Shown here: positions 36,688 through 45,597 of the stretch, piece after piece | Numbering within the stretch: position 1 is the first letter of the stretch | Layout: each line of letters begins with the position of its first letter | From: a virus | Virus record (IMG/VR): IMGVR_UViG_3300028920_000001 | Span: 1-64,000 of that record | Reading direction: 5' to 3' (one strand) | DNA length: 64,000 nucleotides | The notes under the pieces: generated by a model | What the model saw: only the letters and a program-made list of their open reading frames with translations | What the model was told of the DNA's origin: nothing | The model's database searches: none | Made by a program: the position numbers and the translations under genes

Positions 36688-37296
36688 ATGCCACAAACTG
36701 CCCATCAAGAATGGATCAATAATCGTATAAAGGCCGTCAGTTCTAGGTTTAGTGTATATGATGTTTTAGTTGAGAATGGAATAGAACTGGCAGACCAGTT
36801 TACTGATCTACAAATCAGTTGTCCATTTCATAAAGATCAAAAACCTTCAGCTAGATATTATGGCTCCGGTGGAGGTCATTTTCATTGTTATTCATGTAAA
36901 ACTCATGCTAATAACAGTATCGCTTTATATGGAAAATTCCGATCTATCGATTTTATGCCCGCGCTTAAGGAACTCGAGCGTAGATTTGGGATCAAAATTC
37001 CGAGGCAACCAGATATCCCGGGATATGAAGAACCGACTGATAAAATTTCAGCTGAATACAAATCAGATGCTTGGGCTGACATTCCTAGAATTCTAGCTTT
37101 GCTAGAAAAGAAATTATTGAGATTACGTGATAAGGCTCCATTGGTTGATTATATTAAATTTTGTCGAGTGCTGGATGTAGTTCAGTGGGATTTTGATAAA
37201 AATCAAAGTAAGGCTACTCCTGCGATGATTCAAATTTTAGAAAAATTAAGAAATAAAATGGATGAAATGGCTAATTTGGAAACATTCGATGATTGA
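36688..37296 (+). CDS. Primase-type CHC2 zinc-finger protein (no TOPRIM recognised)
   Basis: CPFHKDQKPSARYYGSGGGHFHCYSCKTH matches the DnaG/T7-type primase zinc-binding motif. At 202 aa the protein is too short for a full primase. Confidence 0.55.
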   Translation: MPQTAHQEWINNRIKAVSSRFSVYDVLVENGIELADQFTDLQISCPFHKDQKPSARYYGSGGGHFHCYSCKTHANNSIALYGKFRSIDFMPALKELERRFGIKIPRQPDIPGYEEPTDKISAEYKSDAWADIPRILALLEKKLLRLRDKAPLVDYIKFCRVLDVVQWDFDKNQSKATPAMIQILEKLRNKMDEMANLETFDD

Positions 37297-37765
37297 ATTT
37301 ATAGAATATTCTCTTAGCCTTAATACTGGAGAAACAATTGAAGTATCAGAAATATCAGATAAATTGTATCCACCATTATCCGATCCAGAGGTCCAGGAAA
37401 TTTGTAAACCAATCTTGGATAAATGTGTTCATGTTTCTCGTTTTATTTTAGAAGAAGCCAAACTTGGATTTTCCAAACAACTTGACGAGAAGCTAAGTAC
37501 ACCTCCGTTAGGTGCTTTGATTAAATTAGCTCTAATTTGTTCAGAAATTGACATTTGCGCGATTGCTGATAAAATTAAATGCAATACAAATTACCGTAAG
37601 AAAATGGGAAAAGACACTATTTATTGTCCATCTTGTTGGGATTTTAAAATTACAGGAGATTATGCGCCTACTTCCATGGCTTCAGCTAAGTTATTGGTGA
37701 CTAGTATTATATCAGCTTGGAAATTTGATCATTATGTTATCGTTGTAGACGAAAATGGAAATTAG
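37289..37765 (+). CDS. Hypothetical protein
   Basis: Track ORF 37262..37765. The ATG at 37289 overlaps the upstream stop by 8 nt (ATGATTGA). Confidence 0.55.
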   Translation: MIEFIEYSLSLNTGETIEVSEISDKLYPPLSDPEVQEICKPILDKCVHVSRFILEEAKLGFSKQLDEKLSTPPLGALIKLALICSEIDICAIADKIKCNTNYRKKMGKDTIYCPSCWDFKITGDYAPTSMASAKLLVTSIISAWKFDHYVIVVDENGN

Positions 37766-38847
37766 CGATTAGAAATTTCATTTATTAATTCTTCAAATAA
37801 TTTTTTAGCTCGGTTAGTTTTCAGTTCTGGTAATTGAACTTGTAGAGTCACGAACAAATGACCTGATTGACCATTATTAACATCCTTAATTCCAGCGCCA
37901 ATTACTCTCACTGTGGTTTGACCAGGTTCAATTCTTTCAGGAATATCGACTTTAAGTCTTTTTCCATTTAAAGAAGGAACAGTAACTGTACCTCCTGTCA
38001 TTGCAATGTCGATAGGTATAACTTGATTTATATAGAGATCTTGGCCGACTCGCTTGAAAATTGGATGTTCATTAATTCTAATAGTGATAAAAAGATCTCC
38101 TGGTGGTTGACCAGGATTCCCCATACCGGTTAGTCTTAATTTGTGATTATCGGAGATCCCAGCCGGAATTTTGACTGTGAATTTTTTCTTAGCTATTATA
38201 AATCCTTGACCATTACATTTTTCACAGGGATATTTAGGGATATCTCCTGATCCTCCACAATTATCACATGGTTCATTATCACTGAAGTATAGCTTTCTTC
38301 CTGATCCCATGCACCTGGAACAAACTATTCGTGCTCCTTTAGTGGCTCGCTTACCTAAACAAACTGGACAAGTGATCCTTTCTCTTGATGGAGCTCCGAT
38401 TTGTTTTGTGCAACCTTGGGCCGCTTCTTCTAATGATATAGATAAATTAATATCTATATCATTTCCAGGGCGTGTTGATGGTCGATGTGTTTCTCTATGT
38501 CTAGTTCGAGCTCCACTAGTAGCTCTTAATACTTCTTCAAAATCATCGAACATACTATTACTAAAATTATCGACATTTACTCTCCAACTTCGAGTATATG
38601 GAGATTGAGATTGAGATTGAGATTGAGATCTAGGGATACCGAACTGTAATTCAATGTCATATTGTTTTCTCTTACTGGAATCACTTAATGTTGCATAAGC
38701 TGCTTGAGCTTCTTTAAATTTAGTTTCTGCTTCTTTATTACCTGGATTTCGATCAGGATGGTGTTTAGCAGCTGCTTTTTTCCAAGCTTTTTTAATTTCA
38801 TCTTGGTTGGCGTTCCTGTTGACGCCAAGTGTATCGTAATGATTCAT
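37762..38847 (-). CDS. dnaJ: DnaJ-type co-chaperone (J domain + 4 CxxCxGxG + C-terminal domains)
   Basis: J domain YDTLGV...KHHPDRNPG...AYATLSD. The zinc-finger repeats are CPVCLGKR, CSRCMGSG, CDNCGGSG and CEKCNGQG. An (SQ)n tract sits where the G/F region normally lies. Confidence 0.85.
   Translation of the reverse strand: MNHYDTLGVNRNANQDEIKKAWKKAAAKHHPDRNPGNKEAETKFKEAQAAYATLSDSSKRKQYDIELQFGIPRSQSQSQSQSPYTRSWRVNVDNFSNSMFDDFEEVLRATSGARTRHRETHRPSTRPGNDIDINLSISLEEAAQGCTKQIGAPSRERITCPVCLGKRATKGARIVCSRCMGSGRKLYFSDNEPCDNCGGSGDIPKYPCEKCNGQGFIIAKKKFTVKIPAGISDNHKLRLTGMGNPGQPPGDLFITIRINEHPIFKRVGQDLYINQVIPIDIAMTGGTVTVPSLNGKRLKVDIPERIEPGQTTVRVIGAGIKDVNNGQSGHLFVTLQVQLPELKTNRAKKLFEELINEISNR
38600..38629. 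repeat. Hexanucleotide microsatellite (gagatt)x4-5 encoding (SQ)n in dnaJ
   Basis: gagattgagattgagattgagattgagatc read directly from the sequence. Confidence 0.9.
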
Positions 38848-38884
38848 GACACATTCTTAAAGTACATTACGGGTGTAAAATAAG

Positions 38885-41731
38885 ATGATGCATCTTCAAC
38901 AGATGGATGATCGTGTCTCGGTTCATAGAGATTGGTTTAAGGACTATGGATTTCATCTGGTTTCAGAAACCGAAAAGGTTAAGAAATTAGTTGATATCTG
39001 CGTCCAACGTGGAGTTTGTTCTCTCGACTGTGAATGTACAGGGGTAGATAATAGAATTTATCCCGATTCCCATTTTGATGATGGTATTAAAAGTCGGCAT
39101 GGCATTCGAACTATAGATAGAATAGTTGGATTGTGCATGTCGTTTGATGGAAGAAATGGTTATTATCTCCCTTTAACTCATGAACCAGATGATTCTCCTA
39201 ATTTACCTTGGGATTCCACTTGGGATGAAATTACTCGACTAATTGAAAATTGCATCATTATCTTCCATAATTCTAAATTTGATTGCGAGTTTTTATATCC
39301 GCCTACTGGTATTAATCAATATGACTTCAATCGATATGAAGATACATTATTTATTTCGAAGATCATAAATCCGCTGAAGACTAACCCGAATGGTCTTAAA
39401 CCTCTAACTAAGATTCATTTTGGGGTTGATATGGTGGAGCTCGATGAGCTTTTTACAGATGAACGAAAAGAACAACTGAAAAAAGAAGGTCGTAGGTATA
39501 ATTTTGCTTTGCTTCATCCTAAGGAGGGTCTCGAGTATGGATGCTCTGATGGGATTTTTACTTATGGGTTGTTATACAAATTAATTGAACGCTTGAGTGA
39601 ACAAGACAAGAAAATTTATAATTTAGAGAAATCTTTTTGCAACGTAGTTCGCAGGATGGAACAAAATCGTATCCATCTTGATATTAAACAAGTTAATTCA
39701 TTATATGAAGAATGCAAAATAGCTATGCGTGAGACCGGTGATGCGGTCAGAACGCTAATTGAAAAGAAAACTGGTAAGACTGGAAGATGGCTAGCCCTGA
39801 ATGTAGGCTCCCCCTCTCAATTATCTACTGCATTTTTCAATGATCAGGAGGGACTCAAACTCAAGCCTACTCCTGAAATGATTAGTGATGCTGATAAAGT
39901 AGGAGATGAGAATAAACAATATTCTACTAATGAAGAAGCTCTAAAATCTCTCAATAAAGCATATGGGGATAAATTTCCGATTATTAGAGCTAAAGCTGAT
40001 GGATCAAAAATCACGAACAGCATGTTTGAAGTAATTTTGGAATATCGTCATTACGAAAAGATGAAAGGCTCTTATATTGAGCCATTGTTCAAGTCTCATG
40101 ACAAATATGGAGACGTTCGACCTTCGTTTAATCAAATAGGAACTGATACAACTCGCTTATCTGGTAAAGCAGATAAGATCGAAAATGGTTATTCAGGAGT
40201 CAATTTTCACGGAATTCCTCGAGATTCTGATGATGATAAACCAGAATTATTTAAACAAATTCGTACCTGCATTGCTCCACGCCCGGGATACGTCATGGTT
40301 AAAATTGACTATTCCGGTGAGGAACTCCGAGTTGTCACCAATTTGTCCGGAGATCGAATTTGGATTAAGTCGTTCCTCTACGAAGATGGAGACGTACATT
40401 CTATCACCACGCGCATTCTTTACGGTAAGCAAGACATCTCTAAAGATGAGCGAAACCGTGGGAAAAGAAGTAACTTCGCGTTTATTTATGGCGGTGGAGC
40501 AGGAGCTATACAGAGTAATGTCGGATGTTCTATTGAGGACGCTCAACGTCATATGAATAATCTTCGGGCAGGCGTGCCTGAATTGATGGGATACGTTGAC
40601 CACCAGAAGCAATTCGCCCGTAAGTATAAATGTATTTATACAGCGTTCGGCCGGCGCATTCCGATTCAACTGGTGGATTCTCCCATCAAAGGATTGAGAC
40701 GGAAGGCAGAACGTCAGGCTATTAATTACACGATTCAAGCTACTTCAGCGGATATTTTGAAATATGCATTTTGTTTTGTCGACAAGAACATTCGTAAACT
40801 TGGCTGGGAAGATCGAGTTAAATATGTACTTACGGTGCATGACGAAATTGTGTTTGAGGTGAAACCTGAATATTTAATGGAAATTGTTCCTAAATTAGAT
40901 GAATGGATGACCTATCCGTGGAAACTTCCTAAAGCTCATGGTCGTGAATGGATCGTCCCGCTTGAAACCGAACCTGGTGTTGATATTCATTGGAGAGCTC
41001 GCTATGACTTTTTTGCTATGACTCGAGGCACGGAAGTCAAACCTGATCAAATTAACGAGGGTAAGTATACCGGCAAATTGAAGAAGGGTCACTATTTTGC
41101 TAACGGTCGAATTTATCAAGAAATTCCTGACTTCTTGAAGTCATATATTAAAGTAGAAGGTGGCCTACCGGAGACTAAACAAATACCCGAAGTTAAACCG
41201 GATGAGTCAAAGCCTGAATCTAAATCTGAGGTTAAAATAGCGGAGAACGTACCTGAGCCTCCGCCAATAACACCTGAACTTAAAGAGGCGTTTAAACAGG
41301 AAGCTCAAAAATGGGGTGAAGAAGTATCTGAAAAAGTAGCTGATATAGAAAATCTTAGTGAGCCACCTAAAGTAGAATCTAAGCCCACAGAATCGGAGGC
41401 CATTTCCACAGAAGTAGATTTAGACGTATCCCAAGAAGAAGGCTTAGGTATTGAAGTTGAAGATGCTGGAGATGAAGATGAAGAAGCAACTAAACCTACG
41501 AATGGTCGAAAACCAATTGGTGAAGATGAACAAATTTTTCGTTTTACTTTTCAGGCCGTGATGTCAGAATTTAATGCTAAAAAATTAAAGGCAATTTTTG
41601 CTTTAGCTGAGGGCGATACTCCGCTTAGGATAGTCGATCCGAAGGGGGTTATTCTTCTTCCGGAGCAAGATGCTCCTCGAGTGGATCCTCAGAAGTTTCA
41701 ATATCTGGCTTCTCTATATGGGCTTGGATAA
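38885..41731 (+). CDS. polA: Family A DNA polymerase with 3'-5' exonuclease domain and long acidic C-terminal extension
   Basis: Exonuclease motifs LDCECTGVD, HNSKFDCEFL and YGCSDGIFT. Polymerase motif A VKIDYSGEELRV, motif B RGKRSNFAFIYGGG and motif C LTVHDEIVFE. About 200 extra C-terminal residues are rich in E/K/P. Confidence 0.9.
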   Translation: MMHLQQMDDRVSVHRDWFKDYGFHLVSETEKVKKLVDICVQRGVCSLDCECTGVDNRIYPDSHFDDGIKSRHGIRTIDRIVGLCMSFDGRNGYYLPLTHEPDDSPNLPWDSTWDEITRLIENCIIIFHNSKFDCEFLYPPTGINQYDFNRYEDTLFISKIINPLKTNPNGLKPLTKIHFGVDMVELDELFTDERKEQLKKEGRRYNFALLHPKEGLEYGCSDGIFTYGLLYKLIERLSEQDKKIYNLEKSFCNVVRRMEQNRIHLDIKQVNSLYEECKIAMRETGDAVRTLIEKKTGKTGRWLALNVGSPSQLSTAFFNDQEGLKLKPTPEMISDADKVGDENKQYSTNEEALKSLNKAYGDKFPIIRAKADGSKITNSMFEVILEYRHYEKMKGSYIEPLFKSHDKYGDVRPSFNQIGTDTTRLSGKADKIENGYSGVNFHGIPRDSDDDKPELFKQIRTCIAPRPGYVMVKIDYSGEELRVVTNLSGDRIWIKSFLYEDGDVHSITTRILYGKQDISKDERNRGKRSNFAFIYGGGAGAIQSNVGCSIEDAQRHMNNLRAGVPELMGYVDHQKQFARKYKCIYTAFGRRIPIQLVDSPIKGLRRKAERQAINYTIQATSADILKYAFCFVDKNIRKLGWEDRVKYVLTVHDEIVFEVKPEYLMEIVPKLDEWMTYPWKLPKAHGREWIVPLETEPGVDIHWRARYDFFAMTRGTEVKPDQINEGKYTGKLKKGHYFANGRIYQEIPDFLKSYIKVEGGLPETKQIPEVKPDESKPESKSEVKIAENVPEPPPITPELKEAFKQEAQKWGEEVSEKVADIENLSEPPKVESKPTESEAISTEVDLDVSQEEGLGIEVEDAGDEDEEATKPTNGRKPIGEDEQIFRFTFQAVMSEFNAKKLKAIFALAEGDTPLRIVDPKGVILLPEQDAPRVDPQKFQYLASLYGLG

Positions 41732-41954
41732 TTTCTTGAAATTTACCGATAGCAGCACATAAAGTAGCAAAATTCCAAAGAGTGATTTCTTTTAATTCTT
41801 CATCTTCAGAAACAGTTTTATTGGATAGTAATCCTTTTTCACGTTTAGCTAGATCCTCTAAGGTCTCTACAATTTGAGGTAAAGTCATTCTTTCTACCAT
41901 AATTTGTAGTTCTACTTCATCTTGATCCGTGATCCCGTTTTCGTCATCAGCCAT
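41649..41954 (-). CDS. Small acidic hypothetical protein
   Basis: 101-aa ORF of non-repetitive composition. Its 3' end overlaps the polA 3' end by 83 nt (convergent). Confidence 0.45.
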   Translation of the reverse strand: MADDENGITDQDEVELQIMVERMTLPQIVETLEDLAKREKGLLSNKTVSEDEELKEITLWNFATLCAAIGKFQEIIQAHIEKPDIETSEDPLEEHLAPEEE

Positions 41955-41967
41955 TGTATAATCCTAC

Positions 41968-42474
41968 ATGAGTCAAAGGTTTTTTGAATATGGGAAAGTC
42001 AAAGTTCTAATTCAGGATTCTAAACAGGTAGCTCTCGAAATTTGTCTTCCCATATCTTTGTTATTTTCTACTCTACCAACATTATTAAAGTATGGTCAAC
42101 CCTACGATTACACTCTAAATAATCCATTATCTGTTTGGCTTCCATCATTAAATAAAGATCGGATCAATCCTAAGATTTTGGTAATGACTCCAGATGTTGA
42201 TAAAGATGTAAATGAATTAAAGAATAGAAAAGTTGAAGAAGTTCTGAAATTATTTCAGGAATTGAGTACTGTCACCCTTGATCGGTCAGATTTAATTCCT
42301 ATGCTTCCGTTAGGAACATATACTTTATTCAAATATCGTTGTGAGATCGATGCATTAGCTAAGATTCATTCAGAATTAAAATATATTAATATTATCGGAA
42401 TATTGGAGTTCAATGTTGCCTTGGAAGAAATTCATATGGAAATAATTAATGCAGCTGCTTCGGCATGTGAATAG
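41968..42474 (+). CDS. Hypothetical protein
   Basis: 168-aa ORF. tataat lies 8 nt upstream of the ATG. Confidence 0.55.
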   Translation: MSQRFFEYGKVKVLIQDSKQVALEICLPISLLFSTLPTLLKYGQPYDYTLNNPLSVWLPSLNKDRINPKILVMTPDVDKDVNELKNRKVEEVLKLFQELSTVTLDRSDLIPMLPLGTYTLFKYRCEIDALAKIHSELKYINIIGILEFNVALEEIHMEIINAAASACE

Positions 42475-43291
42475 CAACATCAACTTTATACCAATGTTGT
42501 TTGCTGTTTTTCTTCTCTTCAAAATTTTGGATTGAACAAATTCCGTTATTACCACAAAGCTTATAAATTTTAGTAGCTAATACTGATGAAAACATTCCGA
42601 TACGTTGGAAGCTTGGATTGAATGATTGATAAACTCCATCGGCTTGTTCATGACCAAATTCAATAATATGTAATTCTCCAGTAGTAATATGTCTAACTAC
42701 TGTTATATTAAATTTTTTTAATTTTTCAATCGTTAGATCAATGATTTTGTTTGGTGATTTAACATGTTCTAAAGCTTGAAGTGCAACTAGATCATTTTTG
42801 TATTTATCGAAAAGTTCTATTTCTTTATGTTTTTGACCTTTCAATATTGCTAAGCTTGATGTTATTTTAGGATGCACAATAGGCATGGCTTTGTGCATCT
42901 TTCCATCTTCGCCTTCATAATCTGGAGGTTGATAAATCATGTCCGGAGTAAGCGGCATCATGATTTCTCCAGTATCATCATCTACCAAATATAGTCCATG
43001 TCCTGCTTCTAATTGTTTAGCTAGTTCAATAATGATTTGGTCTAAAGCTAACTCAAAAATATCTTGAGTATCTGGTCTAATTAGATGTTCAAGTGATTCA
43101 AGCAACTGGTTTCTTAAATCACTAGGTGATTGAAGCAATAATTGCTTCACTTTATCATTATTTTGGAATTCATTCCTAATTTGATGAAGATAATCAGCTT
43201 TTACTTTTTTCTCAGTATCAAGTACTAAGGTGCTTCCAGTATTCCGATGAATTACCAGAGATTTATAAATGTCTTCAGGCTTTTTACTCAT
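42446..43291 (-). CDS. Hypothetical protein
   Basis: Track ORF 42446..43315. The Met at 43291 reduces the overlap with the upstream gene to 8 nt. Confidence 0.55.
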   Translation of the reverse strand: MSKKPEDIYKSLVIHRNTGSTLVLDTEKKVKADYLHQIRNEFQNNDKVKQLLLQSPSDLRNQLLESLEHLIRPDTQDIFELALDQIIIELAKQLEAGHGLYLVDDDTGEIMMPLTPDMIYQPPDYEGEDGKMHKAMPIVHPKITSSLAILKGQKHKEIELFDKYKNDLVALQALEHVKSPNKIIDLTIEKLKKFNITVVRHITTGELHIIEFGHEQADGVYQSFNPSFQRIGMFSSVLATKIYKLCGNNGICSIQNFEEKKNSKQHWYKVDVAIHMPKQLH

Positions 43292-43823
43292 CGTCCCCAA
43301 ATGTAAATGTGCCACCAGGCTCTAAAATAGTTTCTGTTTGGTCCCCTATCATAGTACCTTGATTAAATTCGGTATTTCCAATATTGGGATTTATTGGAGG
43401 AGGTGCTATCGGGGCCGGAGGTGGTTGGATTGGTGTAGGTGTAGGTGTAGGTGAAGGTGAAGGTGAAGGTGGTTGGATTGGTGTAGGTGAAGGTGAAGGT
43501 GGTTGGATTGGTGATGCTTTAGGTTCTTCTTTTAAAGGAATGACTGGGATATTTTGTGTGGTATGAATTTCGTAGGAATTTTTACCTATAGGTAAAAATT
43601 TTTTCGATCGAATATTGCTGAATCTTGGATCGTCTTCAGAAGCTCGAGGAGGATTTTTAAATAATCGGTCTTCCCAAGTCTGAACCCTGGTTTGGAATGA
43701 ATTATTCAATCTACTCCTAGAACATTCTTGGTTGCCACACCGTCGACAGAAAACCAAATTAAACTGATCAAGTGGAATATTGCCCACTTCTGACATACAT
43801 TCTTTTAAAAAATCTGATTTCAT
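43284..43823 (-). CDS. Zinc-ribbon protein with Pro-rich (PIQPPSPSP) repeats
   Basis: CRRCGNQEC motif. ggtggttggattggtg occurs three times (43420-43435, 43468-43483, 43498-43513) and encodes the PIQPP repeats on the - strand. Confidence 0.6.
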   Translation of the reverse strand: MKSDFLKECMSEVGNIPLDQFNLVFCRRCGNQECSRSRLNNSFQTRVQTWEDRLFKNPPRASEDDPRFSNIRSKKFLPIGKNSYEIHTTQNIPVIPLKEEPKASPIQPPSPSPTPIQPPSPSPSPTPTPTPIQPPPAPIAPPPINPNIGNTEFNQGTMIGDQTETILEPGGTFTFGDDE

Positions 43824-43999
43824 ATTACTCGATATTGCCCGTCGGCAGATTTTTTTACCCGTTTGGACTTTCTTAACTTGGTTAAAGCTGCCGTAACCGT
43901 ATTTGGACCTAAGCAGGTTTGTTTAACCAATTGAGATCGACGGGTAAATCCCTGTTTGATGGCTTCTAGGATTCTTTCACTATGATCAGTATTCTCCAT
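43820..43999 (-). CDS. 59-aa winged-helix/HTH-like protein (below the ORF-track size cut-off)
   Basis: Hand translation: MENTDHSERILEAIKQGFTRRSQLVKQTCLGPNTVTAALTKLRKSKRVKKSADGQYRVI. Its stop overlaps the start of 43284..43823 (ATGA). It fills an otherwise empty 277-nt gap. Confidence 0.6.
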   Translation of the reverse strand: MENTDHSERILEAIKQGFTRRSQLVKQTCLGPNTVTAALTKLRKSKRVKKSADGQYRVI

Positions 44000-44001
44000 A
44001 C

Positions 44002-44030
44002 TTGCGCTGTCCTAAATTACATGCTAGAAT
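44002..44030 (+). promoter_or_regulatory. Candidate sigma70-type promoter with extended -10, facing the sigma factor gene
   Basis: TTGCGC (44002-44007), a 17-nt spacer ending in TGc, then TAGAAT (44025-44030), 70 nt upstream of ATG 44101. A GATAAT on the opposite strand overlaps it, as expected for divergent promoters. Confidence 0.4.
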
Positions 44031-44100
44031 ACATTATCTTTAAATGAGATTCATGACTTGGCTTGGTGTTCCTAAGCAGCTCATGGAATGAGGGAATGAA

Positions 44101-44760
44101 ATGGGGATTTCAAAAAGAGTCAAGCACATACGTGTATCTCAACCTATACCTAATGATACCAAAAAGTTACCATGGCCAAGATTTGCAGATGATAATAAAA
44201 CCCAACTCGGGGTAAATGTTGTAGAAAAGGAACAAGACATCATTAAAATTGTATATAAATTTTTCAAAGTTTCAGATATTCCAATGGAAGAATTGATGCA
44301 AGAAGTTTTCCTTACAATTATACACAAAAATCATAGTCGTTCAGCGCATGATCCGCGTAAATCAAGTTTTGGTCATTATGTTTATATGATAGCTAATAAC
44401 GTATGTATTAATTTGGTTCATCGAAAAGAACGATTTGATAAAGAAAAAGAATCGTTGGATGCTCCGTATAGACCTGGAGACTATAAAACTTTACTTGACA
44501 CGATTGAGCTTCCGGAAGAGGAGCCTGACATTGAATTTGACGAGAAATGTGAAGAATTAGAATTTTTGATGCGCCAAATGGGGAAATGGGATTTAGCTAG
44601 GTACATCACAGCAGTTCGGAGTGGAGCTAATTTAGACGTTATCCGAGATGCTTTAACTTGGGGTGGAAGAAAAATTACGAATAAAGTTATCCGAGATTGG
44701 CGTACTCAAATTCGTGAAATAACTACTGACATTAATTCTTTGGATGAAATTTTGATATAG
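44101..44760 (+). CDS. ECF-like sigma-70 family factor
   Basis: QEVFLTIIHKNHSRSAHDPRKSSFGHYVYMIANNVCINLVHRKER fits sigma region 2 (QE.F......F.....sF..WLy.IA.N.cid..R...R). The C-terminal third is helix-rich. Confidence 0.6.
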   Translation: MGISKRVKHIRVSQPIPNDTKKLPWPRFADDNKTQLGVNVVEKEQDIIKIVYKFFKVSDIPMEELMQEVFLTIIHKNHSRSAHDPRKSSFGHYVYMIANNVCINLVHRKERFDKEKESLDAPYRPGDYKTLLDTIELPEEEPDIEFDEKCEELEFLMRQMGKWDLARYITAVRSGANLDVIRDALTWGGRKITNKVIRDWRTQIREITTDINSLDEILI

Positions 44761-44995
44761 CCTGCATGAATTGGTTGATCATTTGACTTAATTTTTGTTC
44801 AGGGATTTGTCCTCGTAGTTCCATACTTAAATGACCGCGTAAAAATGGTAGAGCTGTTTGTGGATTTTTAAGAATCTTCAAGCAACTTCGACAAATAAAC
44901 ATTTCTTTTTCTAAACCATCTTCAGGTCCGGCCCATCTGATTCCAGGCTTGGAGCAATACTCACACAGACCTTCAGATTTCATTATTGGTTTCAT
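44732..44995 (-). CDS. Small zinc-ribbon protein
   Basis: CEYC...CRSC motifs. Convergent 29-nt overlap with the sigma factor gene. Confidence 0.55.
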   Translation of the reverse strand: MKPIMKSEGLCEYCSKPGIRWAGPEDGLEKEMFICRSCLKILKNPQTALPFLRGHLSMELRGQIPEQKLSQMINQFMQAISKFHPKN

Positions 44996-45597
44996 AATTC
45001 ATTCAAAATTAGAGAAACCGCTTTTTCTAGACTAATACCGGATTGAACACTAATCCGTTCTGACAATAATAAAGCCACCGGTAATGGTAATTCCATACCC
45101 AGAATACCGAATCCAGCTACATTTTTATCAACAATTTCTCTGAATTCATTAAATAAATTATTGAAATCCAATGCTTGGTATTCTTCTCCTCCGGCATAAT
45201 ACGGGTCACAAGTTTTGGGACTAGATAATACAAAATGAATAGCACAAGCGATTGGTCTAGTCGAATAGGCCATGCAAGTTTTAGTTTCAAGATCTAAAAT
45301 TGGACACTGTTTTCCCATTTTAAACCAAACAACAGGATGAGGATTATCTTTCAAGAATTCAAATTGAGCTCGAGCCCGTTCTCGGACAATTTGCCATGTT
45401 TTTTTAGATTTTAAGTGTTCATAAATTATGACAGCTTCAGCCATTAAAACATAAATTAATCGATAACAGCAATTAGCACATCCCTTTCTGCAAGAAGGAT
45501 GTACGCCGCCGTGTAGTATATATTTTTCAGCTTGGGCAGCTTTGTCAGCTAATGCAAATTTTATCGGTCCCAGAGCTTGAGAAAATACTAAATCCAT
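44992..45597 (-). CDS. Cysteine-cluster protein (YkgJ / CxxCxxCC-like)
   Basis: The SCRKGCANCCYRL cluster plus later Cys residues resembles the putative Zn/Fe-chelating CxxCxxCC domain family. Confidence 0.4.
   Translation of the reverse strand: MDLVFSQALGPIKFALADKAAQAEKYILHGGVHPSCRKGCANCCYRLIYVLMAEAVIIYEHLKSKKTWQIVRERARAQFEFLKDNPHPVVWFKMGKQCPILDLETKTCMAYSTRPIACAIHFVLSSPKTCDPYYAGGEEYQALDFNNLFNEFREIVDKNVAGFGILGMELPLPVALLLSERISVQSGISLEKAVSLILNEL

Noticed and set aside
40185-41119. ORFs 40185..40556 (+), 40247..40738 (-) and 40895..41119 (-).
   Set aside because: They lie entirely inside the polA ORF in other frames. The polA frame carries the canonical polymerase motifs A, B and C across this region.
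33423-41731. Inteins or self-splicing introns in the DnaB-like helicase, PolA or RecA genes.
   Set aside because: The conserved motifs are contiguous and in the normal order within single uninterrupted ORFs. The endonuclease genes lie between genes or on the opposite strand, so they are free-standing.
43420-43513. Tandem repeats considered as a possible CRISPR array or iterons (43420..43513, 46350..46418 and 6161..6238).
   Set aside because: The units are contiguous without unique spacers. They lie in frame inside long ORFs and encode peptide repeats (PIQPP, KKPAKKAA and the W-x-DPEYR units).
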